64,000 nt of DNA from an uncultured Thermus sp. (GTDB lineage Bacteria > Deinococcota > Deinococci > Deinococcales > Thermaceae), in NCBI GenBank assembly GCA_947085095.1, contig CAMTVD010000014.1:1-64000 (forward strand). The letters are read 5' to 3'. The notes under the pieces were generated by a model that worked only from the letters and a program-made list of their open reading frames with translations, ran no database searches and was not told where the DNA came from. Position numbers and translations under genes: made by a program. This document shows, piece after piece, positions 49,970-60,271 of this stretch (position 1 is the stretch's first letter; every line of letters begins with the position of its first letter).

Positions 49970-50245
49970 ATGACCTTCTGGGTCAAGCCCAGAAGCTCCA
50001 TAGAGGCCCTGCCCGAGGCAGGGGACCTGGTGCAGGATCTCCTGGAGCTCTTCTACGAGTACTTCCCCGAGTACGAGGGGTGCCTGGGCTTCTCCCAGTC
50101 TCCCAGGCGGCCCCGGTACCTCTTCCTTTACATGGAAGGCCCCTGCGGGGGGCTTTTGCCCTCCGCCGCCCTCTTTCTGAAGGATCTCTTGGAAAATGCC
50201 TTTCCCGGGGCCGAGGTGCGGGTCTACGGCAAGCCCTGGCCCTAG
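49970..50245 (+). CDS. hypothetical protein
   Basis: GGAGGT RBS, ATG 49970, typical codon usage. Confidence 0.6.
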   Translation: MTFWVKPRSSIEALPEAGDLVQDLLELFYEYFPEYEGCLGFSQSPRRPRYLFLYMEGPCGGLLPSAALFLKDLLENAFPGAEVRVYGKPWP

Positions 50246-50805
50246 CGCCTTTTCTTGACCAGCCAGCCCTCCTCCCTGACCCCTTCCCGGGCGTTCACCA
50301 CCCGGGCCAGGACGAAGAGGAGGTCGGAAAGGCGGTTCAGGTAGCGGATGGCCTCGGGGTTGACGGGCTCCTCCCGGCTCAGGGCCACCACCTTGCGCTC
50401 CGCCCGCCGCACCACGGTGCGGGCCAGATGCAGGGCCGCCGCCGCGGGGTGCCCCCCGGGGAGGATGAAGCCTTGGAAGGGAGGGCTTTCCTCCTGGTAG
50501 CGGTCTATGAGCCTTTCCAGGTTCTCCACGTCCTCGGCGTCCATGCGGGCGATGTTCTTCTCGTAGGGGCTTCCCATGCGGGTGGCCAGGTCCGCCCCCA
50601 GGTCAAAGAGGGCGTTCTGGATGCGCTCCAGGAGATCGTGGAGGTCCAGGTGCTCCTGGGGCATGAGGCTCCGGGCCAGGCCGATGGCGCTGTTGGCCTC
50701 GTCCACGGTGCCGTAGGCCTCCACCCGGGGGTGGGCCTTCACCACCCGTTCGGCCCCATAGAGGCCGGTCTCCCCTGCGTCCCCCGTCTTGGTGTAAATC
50801 CTCAT
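50242..50805 (-). CDS. pduO: ATP:cob(I)alamin adenosyltransferase (PduO type)
   Basis: IYTKTGDAGET, YGTVDEANS, RTVVRRAER, YLNRLSDLLF. Confidence 0.95.
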   Translation of the reverse strand: MRIYTKTGDAGETGLYGAERVVKAHPRVEAYGTVDEANSAIGLARSLMPQEHLDLHDLLERIQNALFDLGADLATRMGSPYEKNIARMDAEDVENLERLIDRYQEESPPFQGFILPGGHPAAAALHLARTVVRRAERKVVALSREEPVNPEAIRYLNRLSDLLFVLARVVNAREGVREEGWLVKKRR

Positions 50806-50838
50806 GGCCCCATTGTAGGGCCCTGGGGAAAAGAGAGT

Positions 50839-50860
50839 CCCCCGGGAAGGCTCCCGGGGG
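50839..50860 (-). terminator. terminator downstream of tRNA-Arg
   Basis: cccccggga-aggc-tcccggggg stem with U-rich tail on the minus strand. Confidence 0.6.
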
Positions 50861-50864
50861 CGTT

Positions 50865-50941
50865 TGGCGGGCCCGAGAGGATTCGAACCCCTGACCTGCT
50901 GATCCGTAGTCAGCCGCTCTATCCAACTGAGCTACGGGCCC
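50865..50941 (-). tRNA. tRNA-Arg(ACG)
   Basis: GGGCCCG TAGCTCAGTTGGATAGAGC G GCTGA CTACGGA TCAGC AGGTC AGGGG TTCGAAT CCTCT CGGGCCC GCCA cloverleaf, 77 nt, encoded CCA. Confidence 0.97.
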
Positions 50942-50993
50942 AAGCCGAACCCTAACTTAGCATGGGAAAGCCCCTTTTGTCAATAATGAGCGC

Positions 50994-51206
50994 GTGCGGC
51001 GAAAGCGCCTCAAGGCCCACCTGCTCGCCCTTTTGCAGGAGCCTCGCTCCCTGGAGGAACTCCACGCCCTTTTGAAGCCTTTTTACCCAGGCCTTTCCAA
51101 GGCCACCCTCTTCGCCCTCTTGGTCCGCCTTCGCCGGGAGGGGCAGGTGCTTTACCAGGGGGAGGGCTTCCTCTTATCGGGGGAAGAGAAAGGTAAGGAC
51201 GCTTAG
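50994..51206 (+). CDS. small winged-helix-like hypothetical protein
   Basis: LLALLQEPRSLEELHALL..SKATLFALLVRLRREGQV wHTH pattern. Confidence 0.6.
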   Translation: MRRKRLKAHLLALLQEPRSLEELHALLKPFYPGLSKATLFALLVRLRREGQVLYQGEGFLLSGEEKGKDA

Positions 51207-53039
51207 GCCATCGGCAAGCTGAACCTCAAACCGCCCTTCCCGGGGGAGGCCCTCCGTGGAGAAGCGGGCCTCCCCGCCCCGGTGCCAGAGGCCCAGGGTG
51301 GTGCGGGTCCCGTCCTCCGCCACGTGGACCAAGGAGAGGTAAGGGTAACCCGCCCAGCGTACCCGGAGGAAGCCCCCTTCCTCCCGGAGCTCCACCTTTG
51401 GCTCCGCTCGCGGCCTCAGGCCCGCCGCCACCTCCTCGAGGAGGACCCCATCCCGCCAGAGGCTCACCCGGTTCCACTCCCCCAAGGGGAGCCGGGCCTG
51501 GAAGTGGAGGGTGCCCTCGGAGTCCTCCAGGACGTACACCTCCACTTCAAGATAGCCCTCCCGCTGGCCCACCCCGTGGGCCCGCAGGCGGTAGGGGGAG
51601 GGCCTCCCCTCCGGGGCCACCGCCAGCCTCAGGGGCGGGTTGAAGGCCACCTCGTCCCCCCGGATGCGCCCGGAGAAGAGCAGCCCTTCCTGGGGCAGGG
51701 ACTGGGGCCTGGGCGGGTTCTGCTCCAGGAAGGCCTGGGCGTGCTCGTAGGTGTAGTCGGAGATCCACTGGGGGGCGCAGTAGCTCATGAGGTCGTAGCG
51801 CTCGCTGGGGTTGCGGAGGGTCCTGCTTTCCAGATCGTACCCCCAGGTGCCGATCAGGCCGTTGGGATAGGGGTAGTTGGGGTCCCCGCTGGTGCCGCAA
51901 GGGGCGTGGCCGCGGCCAAAGTTGTGCCCGAGTTCATGGGCCATGACGGTGGGGGCGCTCCCCGCGTGATCCCACCCCGCGGCCACGGGATGGCCGATGT
52001 AGCCGATCCCGGCGATGCCGGAGGTGTAGGTGACCCGCACGAAGCCGTAGTAGTAGCGCCCGCTGCCGTCCGCCTGGCGTAGGAGCCGGATTTCATCCAA
52101 AAGCCGGCTCCAGCTGTTGCCATCGCTGGGACTGAGGGTGCCGGAGAAGGTGTAAGGGGCCCGGGTGGTGGAGGAGATGTTCTGGAGGGGCCAGATGCGC
52201 CAGAGGGTCTGGGCGAAGTTGGGGATGGAGGCGGTCTGCTCCTGGTGCACCACCGGCACCACGGTGAGGTGGAGGACGGTGCCCGCACCCACGGGGGGGC
52301 TCAGGGTGAGGGCGTTGTCGCTTTCGTCGCTTTCGGCCACCTGGTTGTGGGGGTCAGCCCGGACCTCCACCCTGAGGCCGGAGGCCACCCAGTTCCCGGG
52401 TAAGGTGGCGTTGCAGGTGGTGGCCAGGTCGCCCTGGGCGGTGGAGGTGGGGACGGGGTTGGGGCAGGTGAAGCTCAGGTTCCCCTGGAAGGTGCCTCCC
52501 AGGTAGGCCGCTCCTGCGAGGGGCTGGGTTAGGGTGAGGGCGTTTGGGCTAGCCACCAGGTGCACCCGGAGGAGCGCCTCCTTCCCCGCCACCAGGCGGA
52601 GCCCTTCCTTGAGGACGGTCTGGCCCCACTCCGCTTTGAGGATGCGGAGGTTGACCGTGGAGGCCGCCTGGACCTGAAGGGTTAGGGGAACTTCCTTGGT
52701 AAGGCCGCCGCTGGTGCCCCGGACCTTGAGGGCGTAGGTGCCCGGGGCCAGGGAGGGGCTAGCGGAAAGCGCCAGCATGGGGGCGGAGGGTATAGGGGTA
52801 GTGGAAGGGGAGAGGCTGACCGAGGCGAAGGGGGCGTTGTTGCTGTCCACCAGGCGAAGGCTTAGGGTCCCACCGCTTCCCGTCACGGAAAGGCGCACAT
52901 AGGCGGTGCTCCCAGGGACGAGGGTGAGCTGGTTGCTTTCCAGCAACAAGGAGAAAGCGGGAGGTGGAGGGGTGTTGGCGGGGGGGGCGGTGCAAGCCCC
53001 TAGGGACAGGGCCAAGAGAAGGGCCGCTCTAAAGCCCAT
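51174..53039 (-). CDS. lipoprotein zinc metallopeptidase (M66-like) with Ig/CARDB-like domains
   Basis: Lipobox LGAC; DPHNQVAESDESDN; HELGHNFGRGH; DLMSY Met-turn. Confidence 0.85.
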   Translation of the reverse strand: MGFRAALLLALSLGACTAPPANTPPPPAFSLLLESNQLTLVPGSTAYVRLSVTGSGGTLSLRLVDSNNAPFASVSLSPSTTPIPSAPMLALSASPSLAPGTYALKVRGTSGGLTKEVPLTLQVQAASTVNLRILKAEWGQTVLKEGLRLVAGKEALLRVHLVASPNALTLTQPLAGAAYLGGTFQGNLSFTCPNPVPTSTAQGDLATTCNATLPGNWVASGLRVEVRADPHNQVAESDESDNALTLSPPVGAGTVLHLTVVPVVHQEQTASIPNFAQTLWRIWPLQNISSTTRAPYTFSGTLSPSDGNSWSRLLDEIRLLRQADGSGRYYYGFVRVTYTSGIAGIGYIGHPVAAGWDHAGSAPTVMAHELGHNFGRGHAPCGTSGDPNYPYPNGLIGTWGYDLESRTLRNPSERYDLMSYCAPQWISDYTYEHAQAFLEQNPPRPQSLPQEGLLFSGRIRGDEVAFNPPLRLAVAPEGRPSPYRLRAHGVGQREGYLEVEVYVLEDSEGTLHFQARLPLGEWNRVSLWRDGVLLEEVAAGLRPRAEPKVELREEGGFLRVRWAGYPYLSLVHVAEDGTRTTLGLWHRGGEARFSTEGLPREGRFEVQLADGLSVLTFLFPR

Positions 53040-53098
53040 ACCCTTGACCCTAGCAGGCCCTGGGGGAAAGCGGATGAGAGGTGCTATCCTGGGCCTTA

Positions 53099-54208
53099 AT
53101 GCGGCCTGGGCTTTCCGCGAGGCGCCTGGTGGTGAAGGTGGGGAGCGCCGTCCTGGCCGGGGAAGAGGGTCTGGACCTGGAGGCCATGGGGAAGATCGCC
53201 CACCAGGTGGCCCTCTTGCGCCAGGAGGGGCGGGAGGTGGTCCTGGTCTCCTCGGGGGCGGTGGCGGCGGGCATGGCCCTCATGGGGCTTCCTAGGCCCA
53301 AGGACATGCCCAAGAAGCAGGCTTTGGCGGCCATCGGCCAGCCCCTCCTCATGGCCCTTTGGCGGGAAGCCTTCGCCCCCTTGGGCCTTCGGGTGGCCCA
53401 GGTCCTCCTCACCGCCGAGGACCTCTCCGCCCGGGGGCGCTACCTGAACGCCAAGGCCACTCTGAGGGCCCTTCTGGACCTGGGGGTGGTCCCCATCATC
53501 AACGAGAACGACACCGTGGCCTTCCACGAGATCCGCTTTGGGGACAACGACCAGCTCTCCGCCCGGGTGGCCGCTTTGGTGGAGGCGGGGCTTCTCCTCC
53601 TCCTTTCCGACGTGGACGCTCTCTACGAGGAGGACCCCAAGCAAAACCCCGGGGCCAGGCCCATCCTCGAGGTGGAGTCCGTGGAGGCCGTCTTGGGCCA
53701 CGCCGGGGAGGGCAACCCCTTGGGCAGCGGGGGGATGCGGAGCAAGCTTCTCGCCGCCAGGCTGGCGGGGAGGGTGGGTATCCCCACCCTCCTCCTCCCC
53801 GGCAGGCGGCCCGGGGTCATCCTGCAGGCCCTGAAGGGGGCTGCGATCGGCACTTACTTCCACGCCAAAAGGCGCTACCGGGGGGAGAAGGCCTGGCTCT
53901 ATGGGCTCCTTCGCCCCAAGGGGGAGCTGGTCTTGGACGCGGGGGCGGTTAGGGCCCTGAAGGAGCGGGGGGCGAGCCTCCTTCCCGCGGGCATTAAGGA
54001 GGTGCGGGGGAGGTTTGGCCGGGGAGAAGCGGTCCGCTTACTTTCGGAAAGCGGGGAGGAGATTGGCGTGGGCCTCGTCAACTATGCCGCCGAGGAGGTG
54101 GCCCGCATCAAGGGCAGGAGGAGCTTAGAGATAGAGGAGGTTCTGGGCTACCGCTACACCGAGGAGGTGGTCCACCGGGACCACCTGGCCCTGAAGGAGG
54201 AGGCATGA
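53099..54208 (+). CDS. proB: glutamate 5-kinase
   Basis: VVKVGS, VSSGAV, INENDTV, FGDNDQL, PUA domain. Confidence 0.97.
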   Translation: MRPGLSARRLVVKVGSAVLAGEEGLDLEAMGKIAHQVALLRQEGREVVLVSSGAVAAGMALMGLPRPKDMPKKQALAAIGQPLLMALWREAFAPLGLRVAQVLLTAEDLSARGRYLNAKATLRALLDLGVVPIINENDTVAFHEIRFGDNDQLSARVAALVEAGLLLLLSDVDALYEEDPKQNPGARPILEVESVEAVLGHAGEGNPLGSGGMRSKLLAARLAGRVGIPTLLLPGRRPGVILQALKGAAIGTYFHAKRRYRGEKAWLYGLLRPKGELVLDAGAVRALKERGASLLPAGIKEVRGRFGRGEAVRLLSESGEEIGVGLVNYAAEEVARIKGRRSLEIEEVLGYRYTEEVVHRDHLALKEEA

Positions 54209-55443
54209 CGGTGAGCCTTTGGGAGCTGGCGGCGAGGGCGAAAAGAAGGCTTCCCGAGATCGCCAAGGGGGGGCGGGACCAGGCGCTTTTGCGCATGGCG
54301 GAGCTTTTGGAAGGGGGCTGGGAGGAGGTCCTTAGGGCGAACCGGGAGGACCTCTTGGAGGCGGAGAAGGCGGGGCTTTCCCAGGCCAAGCTGGACCGGT
54401 TGGCCCTGAAGGAGAAGGACCTCAAGACCCTCACCCAGGGGCTTCGCCAGATCGCTCTTCTCCCCGACCCCCTGGGGCGGATAGAGGGCCTGGCCAAGCG
54501 TCCCAATGGCCTTAGGGTGGGCAGGATGCGGGTGCCCTTGGGCCTCATCGGCTTCGTCTACGAGGCGAGGCCCGGGGCCACGGTGGAGGCGGTGGCCGTG
54601 GCCCTCAAGGCGGGAAACGCCCTGCTCCTGAGGGGCGGCAAGGAGGCCTTCCGCTCCAACCGGGCCCTGGTGGCCCTGTGGCACCAGGCCCTAAAGGAGG
54701 CGGGCCTGCCGGAGGAGGCGGTGACCCTGGTCCCCACCACGGACCGGGAGGCCATTCTGGAGATGTGCCGCCTGGAACTTTTAGACCTCCTCATCCCCCG
54801 GGGTGGGGAGGAGCTCATCCGCCTGGTGCAGAAGGAGGCCCGGGTGCCCGTCCTGGCCCACGCCAAGGGGGTGAACCACCTCTACGTGGACGAGCGGGCG
54901 GACCTGGCCATGGCCCTGCGCCTGGCCCTAAACGGCAAGACCCAGCGGCCCGCGGTGTGCAACGCCCTCGAGGCCCTCCTGGTCCACGAGAAGGTGGCCG
55001 GGGTCTTCCTGCCCCTCCTGGAAAGGGCCATGGGGGAAAAGGGGGTAGAGCTCAGGGCCTGCCCCCGGGCCCTTCCCCTTCTCAAGGAGGCCCGCCCCGC
55101 CTCAGAGGAGGAGTGGGACCGGGAGTACCTGGACCTCATCCTCCGGGTGAAGGTGGTCTCGGGGCTGGAGGAGGCCCTGGAGCACATCGCCCGCTTTGGC
55201 TCCCGCCACACCGAGGCCATCTGCACCGAGGACCCAAGGGCGGCCTGGCGCTTTCTGGAGGAGGTGGACGCCTCCCTGGTCCTCTGGAACGCCTCCACCC
55301 GCTTCAACGACGGCTTTGAGCTGGGCCTGGGGGCGGAGATCGGCATCAGCACCTCCAAGCTCCACGCCTACGGCCCCATGGGGCCCGTGGAGCTCACCAC
55401 CCTGAAGTGGGTGGCCCTGGGGGAGGGGCAGGAGCGGGCGTGA
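54205..55443 (+). CDS. proA: gamma-glutamyl phosphate reductase
   Basis: VPLGLIG..YEARP, CNALE, NASTRFNDG, GISTSKLHAYGPMG. Confidence 0.97.
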   Translation: MTVSLWELAARAKRRLPEIAKGGRDQALLRMAELLEGGWEEVLRANREDLLEAEKAGLSQAKLDRLALKEKDLKTLTQGLRQIALLPDPLGRIEGLAKRPNGLRVGRMRVPLGLIGFVYEARPGATVEAVAVALKAGNALLLRGGKEAFRSNRALVALWHQALKEAGLPEEAVTLVPTTDREAILEMCRLELLDLLIPRGGEELIRLVQKEARVPVLAHAKGVNHLYVDERADLAMALRLALNGKTQRPAVCNALEALLVHEKVAGVFLPLLERAMGEKGVELRACPRALPLLKEARPASEEEWDREYLDLILRVKVVSGLEEALEHIARFGSRHTEAICTEDPRAAWRFLEEVDASLVLWNASTRFNDGFELGLGAEIGISTSKLHAYGPMGPVELTTLKWVALGEGQERA

Positions 55444-56000
55444 AGGACCTGGCGGAGGCCTGGCGGCTTATAGAGGCGGGGCGCTACCGGGAGGCCGAGG
55501 CCCTCCTCGCTCAAGACCCTTCCCCTGAGGCCCGCTTCCTCCTGGGGTATGCCCTGGTCTTCCAGGGCAGGTACGAGGAGGCCCTATCCCTTTACCGGGC
55601 CCTCTACCGGGAGTCCGGGAGCCACTGGGCCCTCCACCAAGTGGGGATGGTCCTCCGGATGGCGGGCAGGCTGGAGGAGGCCCTCGCCGTTTTTGAGGAG
55701 GAGGCCCGCCTCCTTCCCCAAGACCCCCTGGCCCGCTCCGTGAACCTCTACGAGCGGGGTTACACCCGGCTCCTCCTAGGGGAGAAAGGGGAAGCCCTGG
55801 CCCTCCTCCGGGCCGCCCTCGCTGAGGCCGAGGCCTCCTTTGACCCCACGGCCCAGGCCTGCGCCCACCGGGGCCTTTTGGAATGGCACCTCCGCTTCGG
55901 CCAAGAGGAGGGGGTCCGGCGGCACAAGGAGGCGGCCATCCGATGCTTCCTCAAGGCCGGGGATCCCAAGGGGGCGGAGGAGGTGGAGGGCCTTGCTTAG
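55440..56000 (+). CDS. TPR-repeat protein
   Basis: GRYEEAL / GRLEEAL repeats; GTGA overlap with proA. Confidence 0.75.
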   Translation: MKDLAEAWRLIEAGRYREAEALLAQDPSPEARFLLGYALVFQGRYEEALSLYRALYRESGSHWALHQVGMVLRMAGRLEEALAVFEEEARLLPQDPLARSVNLYERGYTRLLLGEKGEALALLRAALAEAEASFDPTAQACAHRGLLEWHLRFGQEEGVRRHKEAAIRCFLKAGDPKGAEEVEGLA

Positions 56001-56775
56001 GGACCTCATCCGGATTTACCAGGAGGCCCACGTCCCCTTCTTCGCCGCCGCTTTGGCCTACTACGCCCTCCTTTCCCTCATGCCCCTTCTCCTCCTCCTG
56101 GCGGGCCTCTTCGGCTTCCTCCTCTCGGGGAACCCCGCCCTCCGGGCCGAGGTCTTCCAGGGCCTAGAGGAGCTCACCCTGGCCCTCCTTCCCGCCCGCC
56201 CGGAGCTAGCGGGGGAGGTGCTTTCCTTTCTCACCAAAGGCGCCTTCCCCCTCACCCTGGGAAGCGGCCTCCTCCTCCTTTGGTCTGGGAGCAATTTCTT
56301 CGCCGCCTTGAGCTACGCCCTGGGCCTCGTTTTCGGGCGCCCCTTTGGCTTCCGCCACCGGCTTTTGGGCCTCCTCATGCCCCCCCTGCTGGCCCTCTCC
56401 CTCATCCTCCTTTCCCTCCTGGGCCTCGCCTTGGGCTTTCTCCTGCGCTACCTTCCCCCCGAGTGGCGAAGCCTATTGGGCCCCCTCGAGGCCTTCTTAC
56501 CCCTTCTTGCCGCCTTTCTCCTTTTCCTCCTCACCTACGCCCTCTTCCGGGGTGTGAAGGGCTTCAGGGACCTCCTCCCCGTGAGCGCCGGGGCGGGGGT
56601 GGCCACCCTCCTCTTTGAGGGGGTGCGCCTCCTTTTGCCCAAGCTCCTCCCCCGCTCCCAGTACGAGCTCCTCTACGGCCCCCTGGCGGGCTTCGTCCTG
56701 GCCCTTTTGGGCCTTTACCTGGTCCTCTACGCCCTCCTCCTGGGGGCGGTGGTGGCCCGGAGCCTCGAGGCCTAG
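55993..56775 (+). CDS. YihY/BrkB family membrane protein
   Basis: [32 protein letters not shown] start after GGAGG. Confidence 0.85.
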   Translation: MLRDLIRIYQEAHVPFFAAALAYYALLSLMPLLLLLAGLFGFLLSGNPALRAEVFQGLEELTLALLPARPELAGEVLSFLTKGAFPLTLGSGLLLLWSGSNFFAALSYALGLVFGRPFGFRHRLLGLLMPPLLALSLILLSLLGLALGFLLRYLPPEWRSLLGPLEAFLPLLAAFLLFLLTYALFRGVKGFRDLLPVSAGAGVATLLFEGVRLLLPKLLPRSQYELLYGPLAGFVLALLGLYLVLYALLLGAVVARSLEA

Positions 56776-56778
56776 GGG

Positions 56779-56866
56779 TATCATGGACTCATGTGCCCGG
56801 CCAGGCTAGCCCCCTAGGTGGGGAGGGGCCTGGCCGTCCCTTCCCAAAGAGGGGAAGGGTTTTTTT
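56779..56866 (+). promoter_or_regulatory. leuS leader: -10 box, 8-aa uORF and intrinsic terminator (putative attenuator)
   Basis: TATCAT 56779-84; ATG 56791 MCPARLAP*; hairpin cccttccc/gggaaggg + T7 (56838-56866). Confidence 0.55.
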
Positions 56867-56879
56867 GAGGAGGCTGAGG

Positions 56880-59516
56880 ATGGAGAAGTACAACCCGCAC
56901 GCCATAGAGCCCAAGTGGCAGCGCTTCTGGGAGGAGAAGGGCTTCATGAGGGCCAAGGAGGTCCCCGGCAAGAGGGGGAAGCAGTACGTCCTGGTCATGT
57001 TCCCCTACCCCTCTGGGGACCTGCACATGGGCCACCTGAAGAACTACACCATGGGGGACGTCCTGGCCCGCTTCCGCAAGGTCCAGGGCTACGAGGTCCT
57101 CCACCCCATGGGCTGGGATGCCTTCGGGCTCCCCGCGGAGAACGCCGCCCTCAAGTTCGGCCTCCACCCCCGGGACTGGACCTACGAGAACATCCGCCAG
57201 GCCAAGGAGAGCCTTGCGCTCATGGGCATCCTCTACGACTGGGACCGGGAGGTCACCACCTGCGAGCCCGACTACTACCGGTGGAACCAGTGGATCTTCC
57301 TCAAGATGTGGGAGAAGGGCCTCGCTTACCGGGCGGGGGGTCTCGTCAACTGGTGCCCCAAGTGCCAGACGGTCCTGGCTAACGAGCAGGTGGTGGAGGG
57401 GCGGTGCTGGCGGCACGAGGACACCCCGGTGGAGAAGCGGGAACTCACGCAGTGGTACCTGCGGATCACCGCCTACGCCGACCGCCTCCTAGAGGACCTC
57501 GAGGGCCTGGACTGGCCGGAGAAGGTGAAGGCCATGCAAAGGGCCTGGATCGGCCGCTCCGAGGGGGCGGAGATCCTCTTCCCCGTGGAGGGGAAGGAGG
57601 TGAGGATCCCCGTCTTCACCACCCGCCCCGACACCCTCTTTGGGGCCACCTTCCTGGTCCTGGCCCCCGAGCACCCCCTCACCCTGGAGCTTTGCGCCCC
57701 CAATAGGCGGGAGGAGGTCTTAGCCTACGTGGAGGCCGCCAAGCGCAAGACGGAGATGGAGCGCCAGGCGGAGGGCAGGGAAAAGACCGGGGTCTTCCTG
57801 GGGGCCTACGCCCTAAACCCCGCCACCGGGGAAAGGATCCCCATCTGGACCGCGGACTACGTCCTTTACGGCTACGGCACCGGGGCCATCATGGCCGTGC
57901 CCGGCCACGACCAGAGGGACTTTGAGTTCGCCAAAAGGTTCGGCCTTCCCATCCGGAAGGTCATTGAGCGCCCCGGGGAGCCTTTGCCCGAGCCCCTGGA
58001 AGGGGCCTACGAGGAGCCGGGGATCCTGGTGAACTCGGGGCCTTTTGACGGCCTCATGAGCGAGGAGGCCAAGGGGCGGATCACCCTTTGGCTTGCGGAG
58101 CAGGGCTTCGGGAGGGCCCGCGTCACCTACCGCCTCCGGGACTGGCTCATCAGCCGCCAGCGCTACTGGGGCACCCCCATCCCCATGGTCCACTGCGAGG
58201 CCTGCGGGGTGGTGCCCGTGCCCGAGGAGGAGCTTCCCGTCCTCCTTCCCGACCTCAAGGACGTGGAGGACATCCGCCCCAAGGGGAAAAGCCCCTTAGA
58301 GGCCCACCCCGAGTTCTACGAGACCACCTGCCCCAAGTGCGGCGGCCCCGCCAAGCGGGACACGGACACCATGGACACCTTCTTTGACAGTAGCTGGTAC
58401 TACCTCCGCTACACGGATCCCAAAAACGACCGCCTCCCCTTTGACCCCAAGAAGGCGGACTTCTGGATGCCCGTGGACCAGTACATCGGCGGGGTGGAGC
58501 ACGCCGTGCTTCACCTCCTCTACAGCCGCTTCTTCACCAAGTTCCTCCACGACCTGGGGATGGTGAAGGTGGAGGAGCCCTTTAGGGGCCTCTTCACCCA
58601 GGGCATGGTCCTGGCCTGGACGGACTTCGGCGAGGTGGAGGTGGAAGGGGACAGGGTGCGCCTCCCCGAGCCCACCCGCATCCGGCTGGAGATTCAGGAG
58701 AGGGAGCTTTCCCTGGAGGACGTGAGGAAGATGGGGGCCGAGCTAAGGCCCCACGAGGACGGCACCCTGCACCTCTTTAAGCCCGCGGTGATGAGCAAGT
58801 CCAAGGGCAACGGGGTCATGGTGGGGCCCTTCGTGAAGGAGGAGGGGGCGGACATCGCCCGCATCACCATCCTCTTCGCCGCTCCCCCCGAGAACGAGAT
58901 GGTCTGGACCGAGGAGGGGGTGCAGGGGGCCTGGCGCTTCCTGAACCGGATCTTTAGGCGGGTGGCCGAGGACCGCTCCGAGCTGGAGAAGATCTCGGGT
59001 AAGTTCCAGAAAGAGGACCTGGAGGGAGCCGACCAGGAGCTTTACCGGAAGCTCCACGCCACCCTCAAGAAGGTGACGGAGGACCTCGAGCACCTGCGCT
59101 TCAACACCGCCATCGCCGCCCTCATGGAGTTCCTGAACGCCCTCTACGAGTACCGTAAGGTGCGCCCCGTCACCCCCCTCTACCGCACCGCCATCCGCTA
59201 CTACCTGCAGATGCTCTTCCCCTTCGCCCCCCACCTGGCCGAGGAGCTCTGGCACTGGTTCTGGCCCGATAGCCTCTTTGAGGCGGGCTGGCCCGAGCTG
59301 GACCCGGAGGCCCTGGAAAGGGACGTGGTGGAGGTGGCCGTCCAGGTGAACGGGAGGGTGCGGGGCACCATCCAGCTCCCCAAGGACGCCCCCCTGGAGG
59401 TGGCCAAGGCCGAGGCCCTCAAGGTGAAAAACGTCCAGGCCCACCTGGAGGGGAAGGAGATCGTCAAGGAGATCTACGTCCCCGGGAAGATCCTCAACCT
59501 GGTAGTGCGGGGCTAG
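56880..59516 (+). CDS. leuS: leucine-tRNA ligase
   Basis: [19 protein letters not shown] editing domain, VMSKSKGN. Confidence 0.98.
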   Translation: MEKYNPHAIEPKWQRFWEEKGFMRAKEVPGKRGKQYVLVMFPYPSGDLHMGHLKNYTMGDVLARFRKVQGYEVLHPMGWDAFGLPAENAALKFGLHPRDWTYENIRQAKESLALMGILYDWDREVTTCEPDYYRWNQWIFLKMWEKGLAYRAGGLVNWCPKCQTVLANEQVVEGRCWRHEDTPVEKRELTQWYLRITAYADRLLEDLEGLDWPEKVKAMQRAWIGRSEGAEILFPVEGKEVRIPVFTTRPDTLFGATFLVLAPEHPLTLELCAPNRREEVLAYVEAAKRKTEMERQAEGREKTGVFLGAYALNPATGERIPIWTADYVLYGYGTGAIMAVPGHDQRDFEFAKRFGLPIRKVIERPGEPLPEPLEGAYEEPGILVNSGPFDGLMSEEAKGRITLWLAEQGFGRARVTYRLRDWLISRQRYWGTPIPMVHCEACGVVPVPEEELPVLLPDLKDVEDIRPKGKSPLEAHPEFYETTCPKCGGPAKRDTDTMDTFFDSSWYYLRYTDPKNDRLPFDPKKADFWMPVDQYIGGVEHAVLHLLYSRFFTKFLHDLGMVKVEEPFRGLFTQGMVLAWTDFGEVEVEGDRVRLPEPTRIRLEIQERELSLEDVRKMGAELRPHEDGTLHLFKPAVMSKSKGNGVMVGPFVKEEGADIARITILFAAPPENEMVWTEEGVQGAWRFLNRIFRRVAEDRSELEKISGKFQKEDLEGADQELYRKLHATLKKVTEDLEHLRFNTAIAALMEFLNALYEYRKVRPVTPLYRTAIRYYLQMLFPFAPHLAEELWHWFWPDSLFEAGWPELDPEALERDVVEVAVQVNGRVRGTIQLPKDAPLEVAKAEALKVKNVQAHLEGKEIVKEIYVPGKILNLVVRG

Positions 59517-60195
59517 GGAGGCTTAGACGGGTGGCCTCGAGGCGGGCCACCTCCCCCTCAAAGGGGGTGAGGAAAAGCCCCTCCCCCCCTCCCCAGGCCA
59601 GGAGCCTCCCGTAAGCCAGAAAGAAGCCCTCGCCGTCCAGGAGGCTGTAAAGCCTTTGTGGCTCCCCGGGGCCCTCCAGGGGGAGGGTTCTGGGCCTTGC
59701 CCCCTGGAAGTGGGCGAGAAGCCTCTCCAGACGGGCCCTCCTCCTCTCGGCGGCCGTCTTCCTCCGGGCCTCGGGGAGGGGCTTGGCCAGGCGCACCTTG
59801 AGGTCCTTGCGCCAGGCTAGGGCCCGGTGGAGGGTCTCCGAGCCCAGGACCAGGACCTCGGCGGGGCTTAGGGCGTCCACCTGGAGGAGGCGGTAGCTGG
59901 GGTCCAGGAGGCCGTCCGTGTCCCCTATGGCCGGGCTTCCCCTGGGGATGAGGCGGGCTAAGCGCAAAGCGGCCACCAGGGCCCTGGCCTCCACCCCGAG
60001 GGGGGAGAGGGCCCCCACCAGGGCCCGGCGCACCGGGGTCAGGCTCCCTTCCCGGTAGCGGAAGAGGGTGAAGGTCCCGGGCAGGGACCCCTGCCCCGGG
60101 TCCAGGTCCAGGAGGTACCCCTCCTTGGCCCGCTCCAGAAGCCTCATGGCCAGGGTGGTCTTGCCCACATCCGTGGGGCCCAGGAGGAGGAGCAT
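59494..60195 (-). CDS. Clp1/Grc3-like polynucleotide 5'-kinase
   Basis: [19 protein letters not shown], lid-like RRRAR. Confidence 0.75.
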   Translation of the reverse strand: MLLLLGPTDVGKTTLAMRLLERAKEGYLLDLDPGQGSLPGTFTLFRYREGSLTPVRRALVGALSPLGVEARALVAALRLARLIPRGSPAIGDTDGLLDPSYRLLQVDALSPAEVLVLGSETLHRALAWRKDLKVRLAKPLPEARRKTAAERRRARLERLLAHFQGARPRTLPLEGPGEPQRLYSLLDGEGFFLAYGRLLAWGGGEGLFLTPFEGEVARLEATRLSLPSPALPG

Positions 60196-60271
60196 CAGGG
60201 AAGACTCTAGCACGCCCTGTAACCTGACGCATTTTTACTTATCAGCAGGAAAGTGTTATACTAACCCCACC

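Noticed and set aside
50865..53100. Genomic island integrated at tRNA-Arg
   Set aside because: No integrase or duplicated tRNA 3' end seen, and the metallopeptidase lies on the 5' side of the tRNA.
56790..56870. T-box riboswitch or SRP RNA upstream of leuS
   Set aside because: Too short for stem I, lacks the GGTGGNACC T-box and the SRP GGAA/AGCAG core; reported instead as a candidate uORF attenuator.
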